The position numbers and the translations under genes were made by a program. DNA of 26,010 nt from Candidatus Micrarchaeales archaeon. GTDB lineage: Archaea; Micrarchaeota; Micrarchaeia; Anstonellales; J096. A model generated the notes under the pieces. It had not been told where the DNA came from and ran no database searches. It worked only from the letters and a program-made list of their open reading frames with translations. The stretch spans positions 1 through 26,010 of the forward strand of contig JBAMLP010000040.1 of NCBI GenBank assembly GCA_039793475.1. Reading direction: 5' to 3'. Below are positions 6,618 to 15,768 of this stretch, one piece after another; within the stretch, counting starts at the first letter, position 1; each line of letters opens with the position of its first letter.

Positions 6618-9524
6618 ATGTTCTCGTTCAACCCATTCTACCTTGTGCTATGGATATTCCTGGCAAACTTTATCCCTGGCGTGCTGCTCGCTCTCGGGCT
6701 TCTCAAGGAAAAGAAGCTTCTTTTGGTAGAAAAAATAGGGTTTGGTTTTGCGCTTGGGATAGTAATAGCCCCATTCATACTATTCCTGGCGCAACTGGCT
6801 GGGATAGCATATAGTTTCAACCTTGCATTCACCACCACCCTTCTCTTCTACGCACTCTCCATAGCAGTTTTTTATTATAAAAAAGGTTTTGAGGGGTTGG
6901 GCGCAATAGGGAAAGAGGTAGGCGAACACAAATGGGTTTTCTTTGGCATTGTTCTCCTGGTTCTCCTGGCATTTTGGATACGGCTCCAGAGCTACGGGCC
7001 TATTTTTCAGGAGCTGGACCCGTACTACTATGCATATGAGCCATACCTCTATTTAACGAAAGGTTTTGCTCCTCTGAATGATGGGACCGCGTGGTGGCCA
7101 GTTCATGAGGTAAACCACAGGGTGAAACCTGTGCTTGCGTTCATGGAAGCGGAATGGTACTCATTCTATACATGGGGAGGAAGCGCGGACAATTATCTTC
7201 TTTCTGCAGTGTGCAGCATCTATCCGCCGATTGCCGCTGCCCTTGCAGTATTCTTTCTTTACATCTTTCTCTCTTCAGAATACAAAAGGGAGTACGCGCT
7301 CCTCGCCGCCTTCCTCGCCTCCTTCATCCCCGTATTCCTCCTAAAAACAATGGCTGGAGAATTTGAGATCCAGCCATACGCATTCTTCTCACTTTCATTC
7401 TTTTTTGCCTCCTATGCGCTAGCAATAAAAAACAAGGATTTGGTGTTTGCAGCCATCTCTGCCCTCGCGCTGGTTGCAGTATACCTCGGCTCATCTTCAA
7501 TAGTTGTTGCTCTCTCCGCACTCATCCTCTTCATTCCTCTCCACGCCCTCCACCTCTTCATAAAGGGTGAAAAGGATTTCATGCCCGCAATCATAAACTG
7601 GATTGTTCTTGCTGCTCTTGTTTTTGCATCTATCCTGAACTCCACCTATGGAAGCGGAAAATTTGTTTTTAATATTGGCGGCAACTCGAGCTATGCACTT
7701 TTTGGAGTAGTTGCGTTTATGACAGGTTTGCTGTACTTTGAAAAAACATATTCACCTGACAAGTCAAAGATAATAAACTATGCAGGAATTGCGATGGCCA
7801 TCCTTGTTATTGCATTTTTCTTAACCCCATTCGGAGATATTGTAAAAAATATCGCCTCAAACGCCCTCCAAGTTGCTCAGTACACTCTCCCTCTTCACAG
7901 GACAATTCAGGAGCAGGGCCTTGCTGGAAGGGATTTTTATGGCTCCATAGGTTTTATAGGAAAAACATTTTCAGAACAGGATATTCTTTATGGATTTTTC
8001 GCAATCTTCACCTCTCTCATCAATACCCTCTATCATATAGGAGTTGGAATTGCCAACACGATATTCGAATCCTCTCTTGTTTATGAAGATAAGGATGTGA
8101 GCTTCCTGATGTTCTACATATTCCTTGTTGTTGTTACTTCTGCATACGCGCTTTACAGAAAATTTGTAAAAGGGGAGGAAAGTTTGATAGTTCTTTTCCT
8201 TGCGATAGTTTTTCCTGTCTCGCTCGTTGGCATAATAAAAGCAAAGTACACAATATACATGGGCTATTTTCTTGCCATGTGCCTTGCAATAATTCTTGGA
8301 GAATCCGAGCGAATCATCTCTGGTTTTGCAAAGGACGAAAACTCTAAGAAGAGAATTTTCCATGGGCTTTTGGCTTTCGGCCTGTTGGTTGTTTTGTTTG
8401 AAGGATTCTTGGACCCTGTTTCCTATGCAGGGCCTTTGCTCTTCAATTCTTATAAAGTAAGGTTTCAGGACAATCCCCTTGCTCTCCAATCAAAGATGTC
8501 AACCCTTTGCTCCCTTGGCTTGACTGAGGCGTGCTCTGCTTCCCAGGACCCGGTCGCCTATTCAAACAAGGGCATAAACAAGCAGTTTGATTATTCTCTA
8601 TGCGTTTACTCTCTCATTTCAAATCCCCAATCCCCATCCTCTTCAGACCAGCTTGCCGCAAGCGTAAGATGCCAGAGAATTGCTTCCTACTGGATAGATT
8701 CAATGGAATGGCTGCGGTACAACACTCCTGAAGGTTCAAGAGTGATAAGCTGGTGGGACTACGGCCACTGGGAAAACTATTTCGGGCTAAGGAATGCGGT
8801 GATAAGAAATGAGCACACAGACTCTAACATGATTGGCGATGTGGCGCATGATTTCATAATGGACAGCGAGCCCGCTTTGATAGAAACGATGAAAAAATAC
8901 GGTGCGCAGTACGCGCTTTTCGATTCAGAGCTTATTTTTACTGGTGGGCATTTCGGTGGAAAATTCGGAGCCCTCAACTACCTTGCATGCGCCGCAGCGA
9001 ACCTCACGGATGTTTCAAAATGGCCCGGTTCAAGCCTGTGCGAGTTTGAAAACACATGGGAGCAGGTATATGTTTCAAGTCAGGAATGTACAGTTTCTTC
9101 AATAACTGGAAAAAATGGAAGGGTTGCGTATATTATTGATGCCGTTCAAACTTCCTCTGGCCTTCAAACCTCCCTAAAACCCTTCTACTGCCTCTCAACC
9201 ACAAAACTTGCTGATGGAAAAGAGGTCCCGGCTACATACTACTTAGATAGAAAAAACGAGGCAGGAGAGCTTTTGCTTAATAAAGCATTCCTTCTCTATG
9301 ATGGAAAAACATCCGTAGGAGGGTACGATGTTTACACCCTTCTCTACACAAAAGATAAGGTATGGCTTGAAAATGGAACGGTTGTGGACGGATGGAGCGA
9401 CAGGAAAGGAAGGTTCTACGATTCAAATTTATACAAAGGTTTTGTGCTCAAGGAGCTTGATGGGTTTGAGCTTGTGTATACCACGCCCGATGAGGCAGTG
9501 AAAATATATAAAATAAAGGAATAA
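6618..9524 (+). CDS. aglB: Oligosaccharyltransferase AglB (STT3 family)
   Basis: Polytopic N-terminal region with ELDPYY, GEFE and TIQE motifs; soluble C-terminal domain with SWWDYGHW and RYNTPEGSRV. Confidence 0.94.
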   Translation: MFSFNPFYLVLWIFLANFIPGVLLALGLLKEKKLLLVEKIGFGFALGIVIAPFILFLAQLAGIAYSFNLAFTTTLLFYALSIAVFYYKKGFEGLGAIGKEVGEHKWVFFGIVLLVLLAFWIRLQSYGPIFQELDPYYYAYEPYLYLTKGFAPLNDGTAWWPVHEVNHRVKPVLAFMEAEWYSFYTWGGSADNYLLSAVCSIYPPIAAALAVFFLYIFLSSEYKREYALLAAFLASFIPVFLLKTMAGEFEIQPYAFFSLSFFFASYALAIKNKDLVFAAISALALVAVYLGSSSIVVALSALILFIPLHALHLFIKGEKDFMPAIINWIVLAALVFASILNSTYGSGKFVFNIGGNSSYALFGVVAFMTGLLYFEKTYSPDKSKIINYAGIAMAILVIAFFLTPFGDIVKNIASNALQVAQYTLPLHRTIQEQGLAGRDFYGSIGFIGKTFSEQDILYGFFAIFTSLINTLYHIGVGIANTIFESSLVYEDKDVSFLMFYIFLVVVTSAYALYRKFVKGEESLIVLFLAIVFPVSLVGIIKAKYTIYMGYFLAMCLAIILGESERIISGFAKDENSKKRIFHGLLAFGLLVVLFEGFLDPVSYAGPLLFNSYKVRFQDNPLALQSKMSTLCSLGLTEACSASQDPVAYSNKGINKQFDYSLCVYSLISNPQSPSSSDQLAASVRCQRIASYWIDSMEWLRYNTPEGSRVISWWDYGHWENYFGLRNAVIRNEHTDSNMIGDVAHDFIMDSEPALIETMKKYGAQYALFDSELIFTGGHFGGKFGALNYLACAAANLTDVSKWPGSSLCEFENTWEQVYVSSQECTVSSITGKNGRVAYIIDAVQTSSGLQTSLKPFYCLSTTKLADGKEVPATYYLDRKNEAGELLLNKAFLLYDGKTSVGGYDVYTLLYTKDKVWLENGTVVDGWSDRKGRFYDSNLYKGFVLKELDGFELVYTTPDEAVKIYKIKE

Positions 9525-9542
9525 AATTATCCGTAGTACAGA

Positions 9543-11168
9543 TCATCGCTCTGCCTCTTCAGTCGGTGTCGCGGCAGGAGCGCCGGATGTTTCTTCCTCA
9601 ACTTTAGTAAACTCATCTTTCACAGCCAAAACTTCCACTTTGAATTCTCCGCTCGCTTCATTGTATTCGCTTATCCTTCCTTTTATAACTTTCCCGGCAG
9701 GTACGAGTACTGTTCCATCCTCACGGGTAAGTTGCTCCCATGTTTTGAATTCAAACACCTGCCCGCTCGCCGCTAAATAAGGGAACAAAACTTTCTTTGT
9801 ATTCGCCCAGGAAAATACACCAACATTTTTCCTGGTTAGTGTTTTGGTCTCCCAGTTTTCCTTTCCTGCAATTTTTTTGGCTGTTTCCTTATCCGTTTCC
9901 CAAGTACGATCTATCTCACTTAGGTTTCTTTTTACCATCTTCTCTGCACTCAGCCATCCAGCATCAGTCTCAACATAGAAGTTTTCCATTAGTTCAGTTA
10001 CTCCTTTTTCCGGTTTTAAATCCTTTTCAATTTCCCTTGTAAGCGTTAAAACCTGCCCAACAGCTTCCTTTTCTTCCCCTCGTCTCTCTTCTTCCTCTCG
10101 TGCTCCGCCACCCTCTCCTGTTCCCGGAAGCTCTCCCTTTTCCTCTTTAGGTGCAAGCCCAAGCAATCCGTAAATTCCATTTTTTGTGTCAATTCCAAAA
10201 AAACCATCAGGAGTTACTCCAGCAGCCCTCTGCATTCTCTCAACAGCCGCTCTTGTGTCATCACCATATTTCCCATCTACCTTTATCTTCGGACCGCGCA
10301 CGACTCCTTTTTCAACGAGCGTGTTGTAAAGATGCTGAAGGATTGCAACCTGCTCACCATACCACAATCCGCTTGCCCCTCCTATCCAGTTTTTTCCTTT
10401 GTACACCCCCGAAAGCCCATAGTCAAGCGTAATCAAATCCAAAAGCTCCCTTGGTCCCATAGCCATTATTTCTGGGCTCAGTTCAATGTCCGGCAGTTTC
10501 ACGGATGGCTTTGGTGTTGGTTTTGCCCGTATAGGTACCTCCTCCTTTTTCTCAACCATTTCCGGCGCGATTCCGGGTGCTGGGATTGGTTCTCCTATAT
10601 ATTCTTTGAGTTTTTCTGGTTCCTTTTTTCCAATGCGTAATTCCTTAATATACCCTTTCTCAACATCACTTTTGTACAAAATGTACCTAAGCACCGGCCC
10701 CTTCATTGTTTTTCTTATTTCTACTCTTGAAGACCATCCACCCAAATATTTTGCCAACTTTTTATTCGCCCAATCATAAAAACCAATAGGGTCAAGCTCA
10801 GTAAGATTTGCTAATGCTACAGCGTATATCGATGGTGGCATCGCCGATTGCATACGGTGGAGTCTTGCTTTCCAAAAATTTCTCCATTCCTCAGTAACAG
10901 GGGCTTCAATCATGACCGCATCATCCCTGACCTTTACGACTTTTCCATGAAAATCATACCTACCCAACAGACGACCTCCCAGATCACTAGCAACCGTGAC
11001 CTCATCTCCTATTTTTAATTTATTATACTTTTCCATAATAACTTCTTTTTCTTCTTTTTTCTCTTCTTTTTTCTGTTGTTTTTGTTGTTCTGCTTTAGGG
11101 GGCTCAATGTATACTTTCGTTTTATCCGCAGGCATAGGTTCCACAAATGGTTGCTTTTGTTTTGCCAT
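9543..11168 (-). CDS. Multi-domain protein with a central peptidoglycan-binding (PG_binding_1-like) domain
   Basis: VAILQHLY..KVDGKYGDDTRAAVERMQRAAGVTPDGFFGIDT is a textbook PGBD pattern, flanked by Pro/Glu/Lys-rich linkers. The N-terminal region has a possible SH3/KOW-like barrel (LKIGDEVTV..GKVVKV). No signal peptide. Confidence 0.8.
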   Translation of the reverse strand: MAKQKQPFVEPMPADKTKVYIEPPKAEQQKQQKKEEKKEEKEVIMEKYNKLKIGDEVTVASDLGGRLLGRYDFHGKVVKVRDDAVMIEAPVTEEWRNFWKARLHRMQSAMPPSIYAVALANLTELDPIGFYDWANKKLAKYLGGWSSRVEIRKTMKGPVLRYILYKSDVEKGYIKELRIGKKEPEKLKEYIGEPIPAPGIAPEMVEKKEEVPIRAKPTPKPSVKLPDIELSPEIMAMGPRELLDLITLDYGLSGVYKGKNWIGGASGLWYGEQVAILQHLYNTLVEKGVVRGPKIKVDGKYGDDTRAAVERMQRAAGVTPDGFFGIDTKNGIYGLLGLAPKEEKGELPGTGEGGGAREEEERRGEEKEAVGQVLTLTREIEKDLKPEKGVTELMENFYVETDAGWLSAEKMVKRNLSEIDRTWETDKETAKKIAGKENWETKTLTRKNVGVFSWANTKKVLFPYLAASGQVFEFKTWEQLTREDGTVLVPAGKVIKGRISEYNEASGEFKVEVLAVKDEFTKVEEETSGAPAATPTEEAER

Positions 11169-11172
11169 ACCA

Positions 11173-11208
11173 TCACCGTTAGTTATTCTGTTATAAACTC
11201 TTTATAAA
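11173..11208 (-). promoter_or_regulatory. TATA box and RBS for the PGBD gene
   Basis: TTTATAAA at 11208..11201, a second TTTATAA at 11197..11191, and GGTGA at 11177..11173 upstream of ATG 11168. Confidence 0.5.
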
Positions 11209-11234
11209 TATATCCCCGGGTCGTTGATGTTTAA

Positions 11235-12254
11235 TCAAACCGGTTTCTGATAGTACGACCTTTCTGCATACCTTTTATATTCAGATGAAAGATGAATGTA
11301 AACACCCGCGCCATCCTTTATTTTATCGATTATCTCTGTTGCACTTTTTCTGGGAAGAGCAGGACATCCGTGGCTTCTTCCTATTGGTTGCTCGTTCTGC
11401 GCCATTTCTTCTGAAACATAGTCTGCTCCATGTATTACTATATTCCTTTCCCTTGCGTTGCTGTTGTACCCTATCTCCAGACCATCGAGCCGTAAAGAGT
11501 AGCCATTTTTGCCAGTGTATGTTTCTGCCGTAACAAACAGCCCTATCGAACTCTTGTGCGAACCAATATTGTTTGAAACACTTGTAACATTTGCTAAACC
11601 AGAACCTTTTCCATGGGCGACAAGTTCTGTCCTTTCGAGTTTTCCGGTTTTCATGTTAAAAAGAAAAAACCTTTTTTCATAGGAAGGTTTGGAATAATCT
11701 ATGATCACGAAGTAATCTGTGTTTTTTATTTTTCCCGCGTTCACACCGTTTCTGTATGCTATCATTCCGGCGCTGAATGCCTCATAGCTCAACCCCTCTC
11801 TCTCCGCGCCGCTCGAAACCCACATTTCTCCCAGCTCCATTTCTGTTTTCTTTGGTTTCTCTTGAAGAATTGAAGGTTCGAATTTTTTAGGAGGTTCAAA
11901 TTTTTGAGCTGCGATTGGTGTGGGCATTTTCTCTATTCTCAGAAGCTCAATGACCCCTCTCTTTGTTTCAATCCCAAAAACACCATCAATCTTTATTCTC
12001 ATCTTGGTTTTTTCATTTACAGCACTTTGAATTGCCCTGACTGCCTTTTCTGTTTTTTCATCATAAACGCTGGTCAGTTCTATTTTTTCGCCTTCAACGA
12101 GCCCTCTTTCAACAAGGTAATTGTATATCATTTTAACAATGAGTACGTCCTTTCCTTCCTGCACCCCTCTTTTTCCCCCAACCCACCTATCTTTACTAAC
12201 ATCCAATTCGCCTACAAGTCCCTCTGCGGAAAAAGGCAATTTTACAGCTGGCAT
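11235..12254 (-). CDS. Peptidoglycan-binding domain fused to a YkuD_2 (murein L,D-transpeptidase catalytic) domain
   Basis: C-terminal IIDYSKPSYEKRF, VAHGKGSG, SSIGLFVTAETYTGKNGYSLRLDGLE, NSNARERNIVIHGADYV and GRSHGCPA follow the YkuD_2 family pattern with catalytic His and Cys intact. N-terminal PGBD (DGVFGIETK). ATG 12254 preferred over TTG 12272. Confidence 0.9.
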   Translation of the reverse strand: MPAVKLPFSAEGLVGELDVSKDRWVGGKRGVQEGKDVLIVKMIYNYLVERGLVEGEKIELTSVYDEKTEKAVRAIQSAVNEKTKMRIKIDGVFGIETKRGVIELLRIEKMPTPIAAQKFEPPKKFEPSILQEKPKKTEMELGEMWVSSGAEREGLSYEAFSAGMIAYRNGVNAGKIKNTDYFVIIDYSKPSYEKRFFLFNMKTGKLERTELVAHGKGSGLANVTSVSNNIGSHKSSIGLFVTAETYTGKNGYSLRLDGLEIGYNSNARERNIVIHGADYVSEEMAQNEQPIGRSHGCPALPRKSATEIIDKIKDGAGVYIHLSSEYKRYAERSYYQKPV

Positions 12255-12284
12255 GAGTAGTTTATGATGCAAAAAGAATAAAAA

Positions 12285-13298
12285 CTAAACTTTCATCGCC
12301 CTTACTTTTACTCCCGCAGCTTTCAACAATTCAAGCGCATCATCTGCGAGAGGGTACTGCTCATTATACACAACCTCAACAATTCCAGCATTTATTATCA
12401 TTCTCGAGCAATACAGGCATGGAGAATGGGTTGTGTAAATTACTCCGCCCTTTACGCTTACTCCATGGTATGCTGCCTGCACAATGGCATTCTCTTCTGC
12501 ATGCGCGCAAAAACACGATTCCAGATTCTTCCCGCTTTCGCTGAATGAATTGCATCTGGGGCATCCTCCCTCATAGCAGTTTTTCACCCCTCTTGGCGTT
12601 CCGTTATACCCGGTTGAAATGACCCTCTTGTCCTTCACAATAACCGCGCCTATTTTTCTTTTTATGCAGTTTGCGCGGGAAGAAACGACCTTCGCGATAT
12701 TCATAAAATACTCATCCCACACAGGCCTTTCAAATTTAAATTTCACAAGAACTTTCTGCAAAATTCCGTCCACGCTCTCCTGCAACCTTTCCAAAGTGGA
12801 ATCATTCAAAATCGTAAAATCAGCCATTTTTGCGGTTTTTTTCAACTGCTGTTTATACCCCTCCTTACTTTCTTCCTCCATCTTCTCCAATTTCAGAAAC
12901 TCCTCAAAAGTTTGCGGGTCCTCCTCCCTCCCTCTCGCCTTTATCCTTTCAAACCTCACCTCAGCTGGTGCGTTTATGTAAAGCAGATAAAAATTCTGGA
13001 GTTTTTTCAGCTCCTCAACTTCGCCAGGATTTCTTATAGAATCCACAACATAATTTTTCCCCCTTTCCATTTTTTTTATGGCCATGCTGGCAAGCGTTCC
13101 CTCCCCAAATTTTTTTCTCATTTCATTCCCTTTTTTTATCAGATTTTCCCTTGTGAGCGGCTTTCCTTCCTTTACCACCTCTTCTCTTATCACATCTGAA
13201 AGGGAGAGGTAGTAAAAACCTTTTTTCTTCAGATACTCCGCAACAGTTGTTTTTCCGGCGCAGTTTTCGCCCGTTAGCCCAAGGAATATGTTTGACAT
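12285..13298 (-). CDS. P-loop nucleoside monophosphate kinase-like domain fused to dCMP deaminase
   Basis: N-terminal GLTGENCAGKTT (Walker A), DSIRNPGE and R-F-E-R lid. C-terminal WDEYFM, GYNGTP, HAEENA and PCLYC zinc motifs of dCMP deaminase (ComEB-like). Confidence 0.9.
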   Translation of the reverse strand: MSNIFLGLTGENCAGKTTVAEYLKKKGFYYLSLSDVIREEVVKEGKPLTRENLIKKGNEMRKKFGEGTLASMAIKKMERGKNYVVDSIRNPGEVEELKKLQNFYLLYINAPAEVRFERIKARGREEDPQTFEEFLKLEKMEEESKEGYKQQLKKTAKMADFTILNDSTLERLQESVDGILQKVLVKFKFERPVWDEYFMNIAKVVSSRANCIKRKIGAVIVKDKRVISTGYNGTPRGVKNCYEGGCPRCNSFSESGKNLESCFCAHAEENAIVQAAYHGVSVKGGVIYTTHSPCLYCSRMIINAGIVEVVYNEQYPLADDALELLKAAGVKVRAMKV

Positions 13299-13362
13299 GT
13301 TTTTAGTTTGCGGTATGGAAGGTTTTTAATAATATTGTATTAAACTCTCAAAGGGTGAGCGT

Positions 13363-13752
13363 ATGATAGTAGGGAACAGAGTGAATTCCATAGAAGCAAA
13401 GAGAGGAGAAAGCGAGATAAAGAGATTGGATATAAGGATAGGGTTTAGGGATGTGCGGGAGAGTAAAAACAGCAAGGAGATCCTGGAGATAGATTATGAG
13501 TATGTTGCTGCCTACGGAGAAGACGCCGGGGAAATAAAGATCGGCGGAACGATATTCACGAAGGAGGACGAAAAAACAAAAAAAGCAATCCTTGATGAAT
13601 GGAAAAAAAACAAAAAACTACCGGATGATTACATGGAGGCAGCATTGAATAATGTAAATTTTATGGGCGCCGCGAACGGAACTATAATTGCAAAGGTGCT
13701 TAACACTACGCCGCCCCTACTACCACCAAGGTTGAGGATGCAGAAATCATAG
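13363..13752 (+). CDS. Uncharacterised archaeal protein, possibly SecB-like fold
   Basis: RBS GGGTGAG before the ATG. Beta-strand-rich N-terminal half followed by helices and a C-terminal PPLLPP segment reminiscent of SecB PPL. The CDS is solid; the fold call is tentative. Confidence 0.65.
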   Translation: MIVGNRVNSIEAKRGESEIKRLDIRIGFRDVRESKNSKEILEIDYEYVAAYGEDAGEIKIGGTIFTKEDEKTKKAILDEWKKNKKLPDDYMEAALNNVNFMGAANGTIIAKVLNTTPPLLPPRLRMQKS

Positions 13753-14808
13753 TAGGGCTGCTTTATTTTTTAACAAAAGATAGAGTGCAAGGTATTCTGG
13801 CACTTCGACAACCGCGCCCCTTTCAGCTTTTATTCCCTCCCCTATTTTCACATCAACATTTTCATTCACTCTAATCTTTACCCTCTCCTCTCCAAACGCA
13901 ATCGCGTCCTCTATTTCCATTTCGTAATTTTTTGTTGGAAGAACAACAAGCCCTGTTGAGCCATGGAGGGAGCCAGGCAGGCGTATTAATTTAGATGTAT
14001 CCTGCGTCACTCCAACATCCACATTTATGCTTTTTACAGGAAGCTCTTTTGCAACATCTTCCAGCCTCTCAACAACCTTTGGTAGCCTTGTTTTACTCCA
14101 TATGCCCTGTTTTATCCCCTCAACAAAACGCTTCTTTTCCTTATCTTCATTAAAAATTCTGCTTATTTTTTCCGGTTCTGTTTCAAGTGTTTTTATAACC
14201 ATTCTCGCAAACTTTCCCCTATACCCGCCTTCGCTCGGTTTAGGCCCAAATATTTTTTTGCTCTTTTTATCCACATCAAAAAATTTTGTATAGTCCAAAC
14301 CGATTCCGGCAAGATAGGAAGCAATCTCCCTTCTGCTTTCCCTTCCCAGCATTCTGAACTTTTCATAAACATGGACATGAAATCCCCTGTTCCCAGAAAA
14401 AACAAAAGCAATCTTGTTCCTGTCTACGCCGAACTCCGGGATCAAAAATTCCTCTACCAGCCTAACTGCATCCTCCCTAACTTTTTCAAAAATTTCCTTG
14501 TCGAAAATCTCCATCTCGGCGTCGAGGTCGAACACAAGGTCGCTTCCCTTCCATCCCTTATTGTTCATCGGCTGGGCACCTGGCCTTTCGTAGTATGCTG
14601 TTGAGCGGGAAACATAAAGTGGGGCATTTTCCCTCAGAAATTCATTCAGTTTTTCAGAGTTTTCAAAAGCAAGATGCCTCGCTTCTATCTTTCTGTCCCA
14701 ATCGCCGTACCCAAACTCCCTTTCCTCAACTGCATCCGGTTTGAGCTCATGCCTAGCATAGTAGCTCCTGAACCTACTCTTTATCCAACTCTTTTCCCTT
14801 TCGTCCAT
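13747..14808 (-). CDS. priS: DNA primase small (catalytic) subunit
   Basis: REFG, SDLVFDLDA (DxD), FSGNRGFHVHV and VTQDTSKLIRLPGSLHG motifs of archaeo-eukaryotic primase. Confidence 0.95.
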   Translation of the reverse strand: MDEREKSWIKSRFRSYYARHELKPDAVEEREFGYGDWDRKIEARHLAFENSEKLNEFLRENAPLYVSRSTAYYERPGAQPMNNKGWKGSDLVFDLDAEMEIFDKEIFEKVREDAVRLVEEFLIPEFGVDRNKIAFVFSGNRGFHVHVYEKFRMLGRESRREIASYLAGIGLDYTKFFDVDKKSKKIFGPKPSEGGYRGKFARMVIKTLETEPEKISRIFNEDKEKKRFVEGIKQGIWSKTRLPKVVERLEDVAKELPVKSINVDVGVTQDTSKLIRLPGSLHGSTGLVVLPTKNYEMEIEDAIAFGEERVKIRVNENVDVKIGEGIKAERGAVVEVPEYLALYLLLKNKAALL

Positions 14809-15712
14809 ACCCCTTCCCCCAGCTCAGAGGGTTTTTTATCCCGCATTCAGCAACGCAAAGCCCGTATGCCCTCATTGTTTCGCAGGATGGCATGATGTAC
14901 CCGCGCTTTTTCGCATGCTCAATGTAATATCTTGTTTTTTTCTCATTGAAATCCGGAAGGTTTGAAAAGAGGGAGAGTATTGCTTCTGTGTCAACCCGTC
15001 TGTTCACAAAATAAACAGCCAAACTCCACCTCGCATGATGGCCGAGGTTTTCGTGTTTGTACACCTGGTCAAGGAGGGCCTTTACGCACGGTGGGTGCTC
15101 TCCCTTTATGGCTGTTGTTGTTTTCCTGTCTATTTTTGGCAGGAATTCCCTCAGCTGCTCTCCAGCTTTTTTTATCCTCTCATCCTCCACCCTTCCTCTC
15201 GGAAGCTTTTCAAGATGCTTTTTCACTCCCTCCTCCACTATCCTTAAGAATTCCCTTTCCTTTATCTTTACAAACCCGCTATCCATCTCCCTGTTCACAA
15301 GAGAGTACGCCACATCATCAGGAGCAAATTCAAGATAAACTGCAATTGGCAGAAAAGTTTCCCCATTTTTTTCAACCCGTTCTATTCCAAGCTCTCGTCC
15401 TATTCTTTCTGCCTCCTCCTTACTCATTTTTTCATAAGTGCTTTTCGCCCATACAATCGCGTACTTGTTCGTGAGATAGGGGTTATTTATGCTCGCGAGA
15501 ATCATCCTGCTGGTTGCATATATGAGAATCTCTTCGAATTTCTCCCATGCGCTTGTGGCAGTTCCCGCCATTATCCTGCCATTTCTAAGCGCATGCTTCA
15601 ACCTTTCCAAAGCCTTCTCTATTATTTCATCGCTTATTTCCGGCTTTCTCTCATCCATTATTTTTTTTGCGTCATTGCTGAACGGGAATTTCGCAGCAAA
15701 CTCAAGATCCAT
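14774..15712 (-). CDS. priL: DNA primase large subunit
   Basis: AKFPF N-terminus, HPPCV, LGHHARW..AVY, FNEKKTRYYIEH and PSC..GLC..EC..NPL (four Fe-S Cys). Overlaps priS by 35 nt. Confidence 0.93.
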   Translation of the reverse strand: MDLEFAAKFPFSNDAKKIMDERKPEISDEIIEKALERLKHALRNGRIMAGTATSAWEKFEEILIYATSRMILASINNPYLTNKYAIVWAKSTYEKMSKEEAERIGRELGIERVEKNGETFLPIAVYLEFAPDDVAYSLVNREMDSGFVKIKEREFLRIVEEGVKKHLEKLPRGRVEDERIKKAGEQLREFLPKIDRKTTTAIKGEHPPCVKALLDQVYKHENLGHHARWSLAVYFVNRRVDTEAILSLFSNLPDFNEKKTRYYIEHAKKRGYIMPSCETMRAYGLCVAECGIKNPLSWGKGYGRKGKELDKE

Positions 15713-15768
15713 GATTCAATTTACTCCATTGACTATAAAAACTTTTGTTAGCCCTGGTTCCGCAACCC

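Noticed and set aside
9543-12254. Provirus or phage lysis cassette
   Set aside because: No holin, capsid, terminase, integrase or att repeats were seen, and the neighbours are housekeeping archaeal genes.
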